Below, one piece after another: positions 1 to 14,476 of a stretch of DNA of 64,000 nt (position 1 is the first letter of the stretch; every line of letters begins with the position of its first letter). A program made the position numbers and the translations under genes. Source of the DNA: Amphiscolops sp. MND2022 (lineage: Eukaryota); assembly GCA_964187785.1 (NCBI GenBank), contig OZ076409.1, forward strand, positions 46,812,001-46,876,000, in the 5' to 3' direction. The notes below the pieces were generated by a model, which was not told the DNA's origin, did not search any database, and worked only from the letters and a program-made list of their open reading frames with translations.

Positions 1-1800
1 TTTAAAATGAAGCGCTGAGGAGATGAAAATCACACAACTTATAAGCAAAACCAGACAAAATGGGTAGCTTTGGAAGCGATATACTGATGAGACACTGCAA
101 TTACTGCATCGCTAAATTTGCACATTTCTCAAAGACGCGTTTTTGATCAATCACAAAAAGAGCACCGAATAAAATATGCTTGATACGTGCTCACGGAACT
201 ATGGAAGTAAACGAGTACTTGAATAATAGAAACTTACCTTACCGTGAAGCTGTTTTAGAAAGCCCTCCAAAATCATGACCACGAATTAAAACTTAAACAA
301 TCGGGACAAAAAATCCACACACAGAGAAGAGCTGAGTGCAACCGCGCTTTATAGCTCACGAAGTTGTGCCTCAGGAAAGCACTGTGACTTCAGAAAAAGT
401 GACTTCAGAGAAAAAGTGACTTCAGAGAAAAATTTGTGTCTTGAGACCACGAAGAAGGGTGAAACACGGGAACTCAAATGGATAGACATTATGCAGCAAT
501 TAGAGAACAAGCGTGACAAAATTGGCGGACGACACCAAAGGCAACTGTTTCTCCATCTAACGCACCCCTGAAAACACCGAGCATGAGACTGAATCCAATG
601 CCTACAGCCGACAATGAGGCAGATATCGTTGAAAAATCAAGAAGATTCCCCGTAATCAGGGTTCTCTACACACACGGACCGATTGAAGAAATCGCGCTGC
701 ACTTTGTCAGGACTAACAAAGTAGTTCAAGACAAACTGGTTTTGGAGTCCCTGATCAAGGAAACTGAGGCAAACCCTGGCTCAAACGAAATTCAATGCTG
801 CACAAGATTTAAAACTGAAACGGATCTCCAAAATTTACAAATACGTTGCCAACAACCTCACTCAGGATTGGAGACGCTTCCTTGTAGATCACAAAATTAT
901 CATACCAAAAAGCCTACGTCACGCAGCACTCAATGCGCAACTTATTAAAACAAAAAAGCTCAAATCGATTTCACGAAAAAGGCCGAATGCCTGTCACGAG
1001 TTTTTGTAAAAACACCGGGATTGAATCCGTATTTAGTGTCATCGAAGGTTATTTCAATCTTCATTGAGTATCGAAAATATTTAAATCGGACTGCGGCAGC
1101 ACTTTTAAACTCGAAGAGTACACTAATTACTGCAATAAAATTGCAATCAAGTACGGTTCCACAAATGTGCTCGCCCACACTTCGGAAGCAAACTGAGAAC
1201 CAGGCTAACTAAGCTTACCTATTGATTTTCAGCGTGTTGCAATTACTTTTCGGTTTACATTTGCAGAAACTCAGCCGGACAAATCATTGACCACTTGGTG
1301 ATGAGAATAGAGAAAACCACCGAACCAAGATATGAACTTTGTCTTTATTTTGACCTTCACTGAGAAACGACGGTCTACTAGGGTTCGTAACAATTTCAAC
1401 TACCCTTTACTATTCTTTGAATAATCACAAAAATTGATCACTCGATAGCAGTTTAAGTCATAAACCGTAAGTAGCTTTTTCTGGCACAAAATACACCGTA
1501 ACAAAGGTGTTCTGCGCCCGATATCTCCGCGAAACCAATAAAAGCTTAGCAACATTATCGAAAAGTGACAGCCAGGTAAGCCGGGGGAAAGAAACCCCCT
1601 GCACCGCAAACACAACAGCAATTGGGATATCTGCCCAAAAGGCTCACTCGAAACGAGAAACGACAGTTCCAAACCACAGCGAAAACGATGTAACCCAATG
1701 TAGACAGCTTGGGCAACATTCGTGAGGATGACCTTGACTGCTACAAACAACGACGGTAAATATGTGCATACGAACCGGAGGATGAACTGGAGTTACATAC
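1..1800 (+). pseudogene. Highly degenerate Ty3/Gypsy pol remnant (RNase H to integrase region); boundaries approximate
   Basis: Frame-broken peptides resemble the Gypsy at 50-56 kb. LVDHKIIIPKSLRHAALNA (~880-940) compares with FEDRIFISKSLRNTIIMLL, KIFKSDCGSTF (~1075-1105) resembles the integrase second-Asp motif, and RNSAGQIIDHLVM (~1265-1305) compares with HDQLVM. No LTR found. Confidence 0.5.
384..432 (+). repeat. Short tandem repeat, 3 x ~15-17 bp (gtgacttcaga(ga)aaaa)
   Basis: Read directly from the sequence. Confidence 0.85.
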
Positions 1801-2468
1801 TCCAGACGAAATATCTACCGAATCAAGTAAATTTTGAAACCAGATATTTTTTTCATGAAAAAAAAACACGAAATAACATTTTTATGATACAGGAAAAGCA
1901 ACGAACATGTGACCAACTGAGGTTCTATACTGCCGTGAGGAAAAACAGCAAATCACGCCAATACCTCTTATTAACTACTGAACTCATTCGGGTGAATGTA
2001 GCATCGTTGAAAGGTTGAAATCACTGAGATAGTTATTTTCCAACAAACTCAATTTGAAACTTTATATAGCATTGCTTCCACTTGTGTTCAGTTGATGTAT
2101 TTACGTTTGAATAGAATCAATTGTTTGTATATTATTACGATTTTTACTGAAGTTGCAACATAGCACAATAGACAAGATCTCACTGTTCTTCATTTTACAG
2201 TGACAACGCAACTTAAAATCTACCACAATAATACAAATCCTAATTATTTTTCTGCAACTTTTCGCTCATCTTCAACTTTATAAAGAAAAATAGTGTCATG
2301 TCAATTTCGGTTATTTTACACCGTCCTCAAAGTTTTTTCCATCATGATGTGGTGAAATGAATGCTTTCTTTCAAGGTTGAGTATTGCCGATAGGTGTTAC
2401 GCCGGAAAAAAACGACGAAATCTGATACCGAGGTTAATTTTGAGAAACCGGGGACCCAAGATTTCTAG

Positions 2469-2524
2469 GTTGTCTCTAAAATGTGTTGTCTCTAAAATGT
2501 TGTCTCTAAAATGTGTCTCTAAAA
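2469..2524 (+). repeat. Short tandem repeat, 4 x tgtctctaaaa(tg)
   Basis: Read directly from the sequence. Confidence 0.85.
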
Positions 2525-5500
2525 ACATCAAGTTTCAAAGTCTGAACATTTTGTGTTTTAAAAAATTGAACATATTCACTTGAATTGTTCAAAACTTCAA
2601 CTTGAAACGTCGAAAAAAAGTCCGAATTTTGATACTTTTGCTTTGAAATATTTCATCTATATGTCATTTAAGAAGAGCCAAATTTAATTGTTGTCATATC
2701 CTTTTCAAATGGAAGCACTGAGAGGATCCAACGGATGATTTTGCGTAGGTAGTCATAATTCGATGCCATAAATTCATGCATTTTCCATACATGAAACAGA
2801 TCAGCCTTGAATGTGTCGATGCTGTAGTCACGTGACAGCTAACAATTGGCTTTTCACAGAGACAATTTTTCTAAACACGGCAGTTTCCGTGTTTTTTAGG
2901 AAAAATTCTTCCAATGGTATTATGTACAGGTTGATCACGTTAAAGTTGTGTATTCGCAATAACCCTGATTGTAATGTCGTTTTGACACGAATAATCAGAT
3001 AAGGATAACCCCAGCGCCTGACATTTTAAAACCCCAAGCAAGATCATAATAAACAGAAACCTTGCAAAATTCTCGGCCTTTTCGAAGGATCTTGTGATTT
3101 TTCTACTTTTCATCAAATTTAAGTTCAATTCTTTCCTTCTAACAATAAATGAGTCTTCCAACATCTTAACACCTGATTATTGTCAGAGAAATCTAGAAAA
3201 ATGTCCAGGATCAGACCCTCGCGCTTTTACCGATAGTTCTCGATATCCTCTATTACAACAGTGATTACCAAGTTCGATAAGTGATTTATCACTTTGACTG
3301 TATTATGATAATTGGAATCTAATAGACGTCAGGGAAAGCATGGCTCTAAGCACGAAATTTTGCCGATCATCTGGTTCTACTAAATTGTCATAAACCTCAG
3401 CAATTAATTCAATTAAACAGTCAAACGGTACTATTTTTTTACATACTTACACAAGAGGTAGTTTCTGGTTCTTGATGAAAATTACCCGCTTATGAAAGAA
3501 TGTGGCCCTCATTTTATCTGGGCATACACAGGTATTCGGAAAAAACATCCGAAACGGACTGGTTGTAATTTTGTTTCGTTGGTCCAAAAATTTTTGAGCG
3601 GAAAATTACTTCGGAAAAATTTTTGAACGGGAACAGACTCTTTTTTTTAATGAAAGTATCGAACGAGTTTTCTAACCTTGAAAATATAAAGATGGATGTC
3701 TTGGGGTCCCAGATAGTGGTTTAAAATCTTTTAATTCAACAATTGAATCAAAGTTATTGATTGCAGCCACTTTCAGTTTCACAGTAATTTCTTTGTCGAC
3801 TAACGCAGTCGTAAAGTCTTACGTAACAAAGAAACACTGACAGGTTAGTGAGATTTCATTTTTCAAATTTTTTCAACCAGTCAATTGCGACAGAAACAGA
3901 TCGAAGAAGAGAAAAATTACGACAGAATTTCCCAGAACTTCTGAGTTGCAATTCGAAAGATAGATAGGCGAAAGTAAAAATGGATAATCTAAGTAGCTGG
4001 CATTACCTTTCATGATATTACCGACTTCCGCCAATTGGAAATTTGGCAGAAAGAAGGAAAAGAAAGTAAGAAATGGCGCCGTCGACACAGGAGCGGAAAG
4101 TACGGATAGGGAATGAGTTGGCGGTCAGCGGTGCCGTGAGGAGCGACAATAATTTCAGTTGCAGAGGGAAACAGGAGACAAGAGCAATATCATTCGCCGC
4201 CTCCTCCGCCACCGCCAATGCTGTGGACAACGTTGCGACAAGTAATGGTACAATTGTGACCAATGAAAACCATCAAATCCACTAGTGTGTAAGTACAACA
4301 TAAAAAGAATATTTATACTTCTTTGCTACCAATTCGGAAGCGCCAGAAATAATATTCAATGTTTTTAATCACAGGGTTTTTAGCAACATGGAAAGTATAG
4401 AGTTAATGTTGATTTTTTATTAAAACTTCACCGCTTTTGCTTGACTAAGCTCTGTCGTTTATGAACTGTGTTAATTTACCAATTTTTTCTGATTCTCAGA
4501 AGATTTATACAACTTTTCTAAGATCTAAGTCTTTTTTATACTTTGCTTCGAGACAAAACGCGACTAATACAGTGATTTCTTTGTCGTTTTTTTCTCGATC
4601 CGTTCGAAGTGACCTAAACAATTTAACGAAAAGTTCAACGAGCTTAAAATCTAAAGAAGGACAGAAAAATTCAATAGGATCTTTTTTCAGCTTTTGACAT
4701 TTTCATGCCAATTACAAAGCTTCTTGTGGTTTTTTCTGCTTATCCTACTCGAAGAGAAAGAGGATACCTGCAAGTATCTGGCACGATTCTTACAAAAAAG
4801 CTCTTGCAAGATATCATTTGCTCCTGCAAATATGTTGTAAGCTTCAAAGTTGCAACTCGATAAACCATTTGTGTGCATGTGATTCTATGACGTTTCGTAA
4901 TTGAAGACATTCGTAGACTCCTGTCATTTTCTCGTACAATTCTTGTTCCGAACTTCAAAAATCAACCTCAATGCTTACAAGTGACTCTTCAGTGACTTTG
5001 TTTTTGAAAAAAAAATCAAATTATGTCCACTTTAATTGTTGAGGTTTTTGGGTGTGTCTTTTCAATGTGTTAAAGAACCTAGTGTTTAGAGGGCATCTGG
5101 TACTCCATTAGTTTGAGACTCGATGATCGTGCAACCCCGTTCTCACTGTCGGTTTTGTCAAGTGTGATAGTATGTATCTCACAAACCGATGACATCCCTA
5201 TAAATACAGAATAAGGACATTGGACACCAACCTCTGTTCATTTTGTTCAAAGTTGATGTGTTATTCGACGTATTATTTCTTAATTTTTTCTTCTCAATAA
5301 TGTCTTCTGCTTGACAGTAAAAGTTCTTTGCTTTTTCAAAAACTATGATCGAACTGCGATGCTTAATACTGTAGATAGAGCACTTTTTGAGACGTTACAA
5401 ATCAGAGTTTTTACTAGCGAAAACTTTTTAACTGAACAAATATCTCGCAAGATTTTGGAAATTCGGAAAATTTACTTGCAAGATTTTTGCAAGATGTCTG

Positions 5501-7103
5501 CAAAAACAATATATTGCGTTTCAAGATTTTGCAAGACACTCGCAAAGACATTTGTTTCCGTTCATTTAATAGAGTGTGACTTTTTTCGAACATAATTTCC
5601 ATTTCACCAAAGGGTTCTTATTTTTTTTCGGGACATTTTTCATTAAAATACAGTTTCTTCAAGTCATGTTACTTTTTTGGACGAAAACTTGTAGTTGATG
5701 TCCTCAGTTCATTTCATTTAGCAAGACACAGTGCCCAAAGACAGGTAGGAGGAGTGTATGGCTACATCTAGAAGCAAATGTCGGTAGGGAAACATTTTTT
5801 AAACCGTTGGTGTAACTTTTGATGTTAAATTGGTTTTTATTTTCCGCCAATTATCTATCCATATAGGAATGAAAAATATTTAAATCAAACAGTTTTTTTG
5901 TTAAAAAAATTGCCATGTTCCAAATTCATATCCAAGTTGAAGAGAAATCAATGTCACCCATAGAATTCAACTCACATAAATTTGGCTCCATGCGATATGT
6001 GCGAGAGATTTTTGAACTTTTTTGGGTATGACCAAAATGACCCCAGAGTGACCCTCAATGACCTCAAAAATAACACAAACTCCAAAGTTTTCCGATTTTT
6101 ATTGTTTTATTGCTTTTTTGTCGAACTTTCGATAGACTTCGTGGATTAGTGTTCCTGCCCCCGCAAAGCTGCGGAGTCAAAAGCTACATAGAAGTGTCAG
6201 GGGCAAGAATCAAGGAAATGTATCCATAAGACCGTGAGATAACAAGCATCAGAAGTTCATCAGTTGAACTACTCAAATTTCCATGTAATTGGTCACCAAT
6301 AATAATAATTTTGATGTGCAGTAACTAACTTAATACACATGTGAACATTTGAAAAGTATTGATTCTGGCAATTATTTGCAGTCAAACAGCCACCGTGTTG
6401 ACTCGATTTGATCAATCAGGAGAAGTAGCAATTGATACCAGCATTCGTTGGTGAGAAATATTAACAAATTAGAAACGAGCGCAGTTAAACTAATTTAAAA
6501 GTAGCTATCCCAGGCAGCCTTTCAGTTAACTGTGAATCGATGCACAGTTTCGACTAGTTAATGGTCACGGAATGGCGTGGAGATAAAGTAGAAGAAAGAC
6601 ATGAATCAAGGAAACGTGTTCTATTGTTGTTGCGTTGTTGTTTTTCTGTTCCAAAAAATAAACTTTGAGGTCCCGACAAGATACTAATTTTCAGTGTCTG
6701 AGTATCTGCGTAGGTTGTAACACCAAAGCACCTGAATAAGATAAGCGTTCTATTCAAAAAATGTGATGGTGCTAACAGTATGTGTTAATTCCACAGAGCT
6801 ATCACAATTTCATCTCCAAGCACTAATTGTCCCGATTAATTGATATAGTGCGCAAAATATTCCGACTCATCATCCTAGTCAATTGAACCAGTGTATCGAA
6901 AGCAAGACTAGTCGCCTGACGTGCGACCAAGATATTTTTCGTTGTTTAAAATTGTACAAAAATGGAAATTCATGTTATTATTGTTTTCCGCCCAAAATAA
7001 AGGGCCAGCGAAATCTGTGTTCCTTTTTTCCCAAAGTCTGCCAAATCTCCACAATCATCATCCATTCGACTATATTAGGTAATTGACTCCTGATTAAATA
7101 CTA

Positions 7104-7222
7104 GTCACCATGGCGCAGTTGGTAATGCGTCTGCCGGGCCTACGCGAGATCGTGGGTTCGAACCTGTGCTGATGCTTTACAATTTAAGTGCAAATTATCC
7201 CACTACATAGCGGGCGTCTCGT
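7104..7222 (+). mobile_element. tRNA-derived SINE-like element or tRNA pseudogene
   Basis: Pol III A box TGGCGCAGTTGG (7111-7122) and B box GGTTCGAACC (7155-7164) at tRNA-like spacing. The acceptor and anticodon stems are imperfect. Confidence 0.65.
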
Positions 7223-7466
7223 TAAATAATCTTCCACTATTCTGAAGATGTCAATTTCAGAGTTTAGTACACTTTGCTGTTGAATTCACTAAATTTTCAT
7301 TTTGTTTCGATGTAAAATTCAGTTCTTTTCCCGCGTCACAAGCAAAGTTCCTGACTTTCAGTGCTAACTTTAACTCAGCGTCCTAATTGACATGGAGTGA
7401 TTCGGAAGGAAGTAAGTTCCCACTTTTCCTTGAAATGAGACGACGCCGAAAGCTGAGTCCCGAAGA

Positions 7467-7532
7467 AGCCTTCCTTTGGTAGCCTTCCTTCGGTAGCCTT
7501 CCCCAGGAGCCTTCCTCTGGTAGATTTCCCTT
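7467..7532 (+). repeat. Degenerate ~14-bp tandem repeat agccttcct(t/c)nggt x4-5 (second copy at ~11163-11228)
   Basis: Read directly from the sequence. Confidence 0.7.
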
Positions 7533-8306
7533 GCCTGTGTTCGGTTCTCTTCCTTTGCCTCGGCAGGACGCCGGGTTGAACGAAGTGTGAAATTCACGCG
7601 CAAAATTCATCACGCTTGTCTAGCGTAAAGTATAATAACCTGACGCGGTATTGAAAAAATTTCGACAGATTTCATGGGTTAGAAGATCCACATAATCCAA
7701 AATGGTAAAACTAGCTGAGCAGTACCCCTTCGTGAAGAAGACTTTGCACCGTTTTCCTTCAAATCTTCAGACTGACTTCAAATGGGTCGAGAATTTGAAA
7801 AATTTCCACATCTTATTGTTTATAACTTAAAAACGTTCAACAACGATTGAACGCGTTATCGAGTAGCTTTCTTGAAGTCGTATATGCAGACTTTTGTTGG
7901 ATAATGCCTGAAAAATGACTGCAAAATGTCAAAAATGCAACGTTTTTCTTAACTGTCGATAATTTCAGTAGATTTCATTTGAAAATAGAAAAGTTTCAAA
8001 ATATTAAAGCTTCAAAAAGGAACCGATAGCAAAATTAGGATCCCATCCCTTTTTTTAAAAAAGAATTTGTACATTTTTACGATTTCCCATTTTTTGCAAA
8101 AATCTCATATTTTTGAAGTTTTTATCATTTTTTGCAAATTTTTGTATAATTTTTGAGCATTTCCCTTTGCATACATTGATCTGAAAAACCCAGCAACGAT
8201 AAATGCTGGTATCCAGTTGGAGGTTTTGAAGATATAACAGCAATGTTTCGATAGAATTGACCACAAAAACACAACAAAATCTGAACGCTCGTTTTCTGAC
8301 AAACTA

Positions 8307-11300
8307 CTTTTTTCAGCTTTTGACATTTTCATGCCAATTACAAAGCTTCTTGTGGTTTTTTCTGCTTATCCTACTCGAAGAGAAAGAGGATACCTGCAAG
8401 TATCTGGCACGATTCTTACAAAAAAGCTCTTGCAAGATATCATTTGCTCCTGCAAATATGTTGTAAGCTTCAAAGTTGCAACTCGATAAACCATTTGTGT
8501 GCATGTGATTCTATGACGTTTCGTAATTGAAGACATTCGTAGACTCCTGTCATTTTCTCGTACAATTCTTGTTCCGAACTTCAAAAATCAACCTCAATGC
8601 TTACAAGTGACTCTTCAGTGACTTTGTTTTTGAAAAAAAAATCAAATTATGTCCACTTTAATTGTTGAGGTTTTTGGGTGTGTCTTTTCAATGTGTTAAA
8701 GAACCTAGTGTTTAGAGGGCATCTGGTACTCCATTAGTTTGAGACTCGATGATCGTGCAACCCCGTTCTCACTGTCGGTTTTGTCAAGTGTGATAGTATG
8801 TATCTCACAAACCGATGACATCCCTATAAATACAGAATAAGGACATTGGACACCAACCTCTGTTCATTTTGTTCAAAGTTGATGTGTTATTCGACGTATT
8901 ATTTCTTAATTTTTTCTTCTCAATAATGTCTTCTGCTTGACAGTAAAAGTTCTTTGCTTTTTCAAAAACTATGATCGAACTGCGATGCTTAATACTGTAG
9001 ATAGAGCACTTTTTGAGACGTTACAAATCAGAGTTTTTACTAGCGAAAACTTTTTAACTGAACAAATATCTCGCAAGATTTTGGAAATTCGGAAAATTTA
9101 CTTGCAAGATTTTTGCAAGATGTCTGCAAAAACAATATATTGCGTTTCAAGATTTTGCAAGACACTCGCAAAGACATTTGTTTCCGTTCATTTAATAGAG
9201 TGTGACTTTTTTCGAACATAATTTCCATTTCACCAAAGGGTTCTTATTTTTTTTCGGGACATTTTTCATTAAAATACAGTTTCTTCAAGTCATGTTACTT
9301 TTTTGGACGAAAACTTGTAGTTGATGTCCTCAGTTCATTTCATTTAGCAAGACACAGTGCCCAAAGACAGGTAGGAGGAGTGTATGGCTACATCTAGAAG
9401 CAAATGTCGGTAGGGAAACATTTTTTAAACCGTTGGTGTAACTTTTGATGTTAAATTGGTTTTTATTTTCCGCCAATTATCTATCCATATAGGAATGAAA
9501 AATATTTAAATCAAACAGTTTTTTTGTTAAAAAAATTGCCATGTTCCAAATTCATATCCAAGTTGAAGAGAAATCAATGTCACCCATAGAATTCAACTCA
9601 CATAAATTTGGCTCCATGCGATATGTGCGAGAGATTTTTGAACTTTTTTGGGTATGACCAAAATGACCCCAGAGTGACCCTCAATGACCTCAAAAATAAC
9701 ACAAACTCCAAAGTTTTCCGATTTTTATTGTTTTATTGCTTTTTTGTCGAACTTTCGATAGACTTCGTGGATTAGTGTTCCTGCCCCCGCAAAGCTGCGG
9801 AGTCAAAAGCTACATAGAAGTGTCAGGGGCAAGAATCAAGGAAATGTATCCATAAGACCGTGAGATAACAAGCATCAGAAGTTCATCAGTTGAACTACTC
9901 AAATTTCCATGTAATTGGTCACCAATAATAATAATTTTGATGTGCAGTAACTAACTTAATACACATGTGAACATTTGAAAAGTATTGATTCTGGCAATTA
10001 TTTGCAGTCAAACAGCCACCGTCTTGACTCGATTTGATCAATCAGGAGAAGTAGCAATTGATACCAGCATTCGTTGGTGAGAAATATTAACAAATTAGAA
10101 ACGAGCGCAGTTAAACTAATTTAAAAGTAGCTATCCCAGGCAGCCTTTCAGTTAACCAGATTTCAGTCAAGCGCTCAGTCAACCGACTAGCTAATTTCAT
10201 TTATTTAATATTCTGTGCTTTTAAATCATGAATCGATGCACAGTTTCGACTAGTTAATGGTCACGGAATGGCGTGGAGATAAAGTAGAAGAAAGACATGA
10301 ATCAAGGAAACGTGTTCTATTGTTGTTGCGTTGTTGTTTTTCTGTTCCAAAAAATAAACTTTGAGGTCCCGACAAGATACTAATTTTCAGTGTCTGAGTA
10401 TCTGCCCAGGTTGTAACACCAAAGCACCTGAATAAGATAAGCGTTCTATTCAAAAAATGTGATGGTGCTAACAGTATGTGTTAATTCCACAGAGCTATCA
10501 CAATTTCATATCCAAGCACTAATTGTCCCGATTAATTGATATAGTGCGCAAAATATTCCGACTCATCATCCTAGTCAATTGAACCAGTGTATCGAAAGCA
10601 AGACTAGTCGCCTGACGTGCGACCAAGATATTTTTCGTTGTTTAAAATTGTACAAAAATGGAAATTCATGTTATTATTGTTTTCCGCCCAAAATAAAGGG
10701 CCAGCGAAATCTGTGTTCCTTTTTTCCCAAAGTCTGCCAAATCTCCACAATCATCATCCATTCGACTATATTAGGTAATTGACTCCTGATTAAATACTAG
10801 TCACCATGGCGCAGTTGGTAATGCGTCTGCCGGGCCTACGCGAGATCGTGGGTTCGAACCTGTGCTGATGCTTTACAATTTAAGTGCAAATTATCCCACT
10901 ACATAGCGGGCGTCTCGTTAAATAATCTTCCACTATTCTGAAGATGTCAATTTCAGAGTTTAGTACACTTTGCTGTTGAATTCACTAAATTTTCATTTTG
11001 TTTCGATGTAAAATTCAGTTCTTTTCCCGCGTCACAAGCAAAGTTCCTGACTTTCAGTGCTAACTTTAACTCAGCGTCCTAATTGGCATGGAGTGATTCG
11101 GAAGGAAGTAAATTCCCACTTTTCCTTGAAATGAGACGACGCCGAAAGCTGAGTCCCGAAGAAGCCTTCCTTTGGTAGCCTTCCTTCGGTAGCCTTCCCC
11201 AGGAGCCTTCCTCTGGTAGATTTCCCTTGCCTGTGTTCGGTTGTCTTCCTTTGCCTCGGCAGGACGCCGGGTTGAACGAAGTGTGAAATTCACGCGCGAA

Positions 11301-12004
11301 ATTCATCACGCTTGTCTAGCGTAAAGTATAATAACCTGACGCGGTATTGAAAAAATTTCGACAGATTTCATGGGTTAGAAGATCCACATAATCCAAAATG
11401 GTAAAACTAGCTGAGCAGTACCCCTTCGTGAAGAAGACTTTGCACCGTTTTCCTTCAAATCTTCAGACTGACTTCAAATGGGTCGAGAATTTGAAAAATT
11501 TCCACATCTTATTGTTTATAACTTAAAAACGTTCAACAACGATTGAACGCGTTATCGAGTAGCTTTCTTGAAGTCGTATATGCAGACTTTTGTTGGATAA
11601 TGCCTGAAAAATGACTGCAAATGTCAAAAATGCAACGTTTTTCTTAACTGTCGATAATTTCAGTAGATTTCATTTGAAAATAGAAAAGTTTCAAAATATT
11701 AAAGCTTCAAAAAGGAACCGATAGCAAAATTAGGATCCCATCCCTTTTTTTAAAAAAGAATTTGTACATTTTTACGATTTCCCATTTTTTGCAAAAATCT
11801 CATATTTTTGAAGTTTTTATCATTTTTTGCAAATTTTTGTATAATTTTTGAGCATTTCCCTTTGCATACATTGATCTGAAAAACCCAGCAACGATAAATG
11901 CTGGTATCCAGTTGGAGGTTTTGAAGATATAACAGCAATGTTTCGATAGAATTGACCACAAAAACACAACAAAATCTGAACGCTCGTTTTCTGACAAACT
12001 ACTT
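8307..12004 (+). repeat. Tandem segmental duplication, copy 2 (~3.70 kb; net 70 bp longer, extra sequence at ~10157-10228)
   Basis: Near-identical to 4681-8306. Ends ...ctgacaaactactt, after which the sequence differs. Confidence 0.97.
10800..10918 (+). mobile_element. tRNA-derived SINE-like element (duplicate of 7104-7222)
   Basis: Same A and B boxes inside duplication copy 2. Confidence 0.65.
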
Positions 12005-13773
12005 CGAATTTTTGTTCAATCCACGAAAACGTTTGTAGACTAGAACTTCCATTGATCTAAACGTTGAGACAAAAGGGTATTGTAAACAAAAATCACTCAA
12101 GAAAGTGAGATAAAGTTCCTCGAATTTGACAACGATTGTCTCGAAATATCAAATTCTCAATTTTCGACTACACTATTCCAAGTTTTGATGCCTTTGCGAA
12201 AGTTTCCAATACTTAAAACATTCACAGGTTCATTCAATTCAAACGTGAAACTACCGGTAGTGCTTCAAAGATATATCGGACAACAAAATTCATCCAAAAA
12301 AAATTTACTTGAAAACGTTAAACTTTTTTCGATATCTTGTTGGTCCAATGTTCAAGATTCAAAGAGCTCCAGGGAAAAAAACTAGCGTTGCAGTACGCCC
12401 TCCAAAGAAATGTTTTTGCAGTTTCCTGCGTTGAAAGAAAACGATTTCCTGCGTTGAAAGACTTAGAATAGTGTAAACATTCAACCACGACTAAAATTGG
12501 TATCCAGTGGGTTTTGTAGAGATCTGTTGTTGCTTGTTCAAAAATGTTCCTCAAATTGACCCCAATTTGTCGAAAACATCAAAATTTTGCAATTTTTGAC
12601 ATTTTTGGTGACGTTTTGTGCAAAAATAAAACCAGCCATGTCCAGCTCAAGTCCGAACTCCGCTTAAGCTAAATATGCTATGGACATTATTTTCAAAGTT
12701 TTACCATATTCTCAGTGCCAAAAATAACCCAAGAATCAAGCCTGAGGATAGAAAACTAGTTTTCTTCAACTGGAAACACAAAACTTTTTTTGGGAAAGTA
12801 CCATAGTGTCGAAAAACTTCAGCTCGTAAAACTACTTTTTCTCAACCTTGATTAGCCATAAAAACGTAGAGAAAACCATCGACCGAATAATTGTTTTGAA
12901 ACGATGATTAGAGCCAAAAAAATGTTTTAAAAAGTATGTTCCGCAATGATTAAGAAAACTCATCAGTTCCACAGGATCAAGAAGTAACAAAGCTGTCACC
13001 GTCAAGACTCGGGAAACATATTTCCTATACGGAAAACCTCTAAAAACTAAATTTGCCTTAACCAAGAAGTCCGCGTCAACAACTAGGCCAAGTGTCAGTG
13101 TGAGTTTACCAGAATGATTGAAGACTTTTTGAAGAAATTTTTTGGACAGATCAAGTGTATCAAAAAAATTGACGAAAGGCCATGACTCTACTCGCTCTTT
13201 TCTAAAGAAAAGCGCAGACTAATAATTCGGTACGTTAGGTATTGGTACTCAGCGTCTTTACAAATTAGGCGTTTCTTTGAAAAATGGGCTGAATTTAATC
13301 AAAACTTTCTTTCCTTGGAATTTTTCTCGCATTTTCACAGTGCATTGGCTACTCTTGAGCTTCAATTTAATGTCGTTATAGAACAGTTTGGGGCAGGAAA
13401 TATCTCGGGGGTCAGCGGGCGTCTTATAAAAACAATAGTTTGAAAACAAAGCTAAGACGTTTCAATCAATCTTTGTGGCATTAGGGACAAACGGCTGTGC
13501 AAAAACTCCTAGTGTAGTTCATTTTTACGCACAAAACGTCTGATCAAACAAGGAGGCACTTCCATTTACATATTAGGACTTTTTTGATTGGATCCCATCT
13601 TGTCGAGTCCATTCACGTTATTTATATTGTCGAATAAGACTTAATTGCGGAAAGGATATCAGCAGCCGAGACAAATTCGTGTCTAACCAGATTCCCAATC
13701 TCAGTCACTTTAAAGCCAAGATAAGATCCCACTTCAGCATTATATCATGACGATTAGAACAGATTTTCAAGAG

Positions 13774-14457
13774 TGTTCGGTGCGCTTCTCGCAAACTCAG
13801 AAAACAAGATTATTTGAAAACAAGAGTTGTTTCAGAGTTGAATTGAAAGTTGAGGTTGAACAGAAAGAGTAATAAATTATTCAAAGAGTCAAATGAACTG
13901 AACAGCAGTTCTCAATAAAGCTGATAAAGTGAACTGGTTGACTCTGTTCCTCAGTTATTGACAAAGAATATCCCAAGTGTTCAAGATGAGCCATTGCTCA
14001 AGCCAAAGTTTTCTGTTCCGATGAGTCTACCCAAAACACGGACAAAATCTAAGACCCAATCTTAAGCCACCAGTTAACAACCTGCAAAACATCTGGGAAA
14101 AAGGGGGAAAGAGGGTGGTTGGGTTCCTAAAAATTCATTAAGTTAGCAGTCATGCAAGATAATCATGTAATTCGGTTAAGACTTTTGACCTCTGAACGGA
14201 ATAAGCATTCGGAAAGGATGAACTTTCGACAGACATAGGTACTTTGAACTTGAAAGGTTTAGAATAGACAACAGAGTCAATGTCAACCTTGGTAACGAAA
14301 ACTGGTAACGGTGAACTAAATTTCACAGCAAGCTTCATTTTGTCAAGCAACATTCATTGCGGCAACGAGCGCTGTTTCACTTAAGATTTCAATTGTTTCA
14401 ACTTTTTTTACGATGACTTGCAACGAGCGCTCAACACATCATTCAACGGTAAGAACC
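13774..14457 (-). repeat. 3' LTR of the old BEL/Pao
   Basis: Colinear with 21360-22077, with many substitutions and small indels. Confidence 0.9.
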
Positions 14458-14476
14458 TCCCGTGCCCCGTTCCTGA

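Larger units (their letters stand above)
4681..8306 (+). repeat. Tandem segmental duplication, copy 1 (~3.63 kb)
   Basis: Identical ORFs recur at offset 3626 (4687/8313, 5311/8937), then at offsets 3696 and 3695 after indels. The junction reads aaacta-ctt-ttttcagc. Confidence 0.97.

Noticed and set aside
2650..3400. Minus-strand LINE RT remnant
   Set aside because: Only a vague resemblance; no diagnostic motif could be read.
4018..4295. Host exon (GC-richer patch, GTAAGT at 4289)
   Set aside because: No frame gives a recognisable protein and no consistent exon chain could be built. It could still be a UTR exon.
7104..7176. Functional tRNA gene
   Set aside because: The A and B boxes are good, but the acceptor and anticodon stems are not canonical and no anticodon can be assigned. 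Treated as SINE-like.
7370..7613. Repetitive peptide or neuropeptide-precursor ORF
   Set aside because: The underlying repeat unit is 13-14 bp, not a multiple of 3, and there is no signal peptide.
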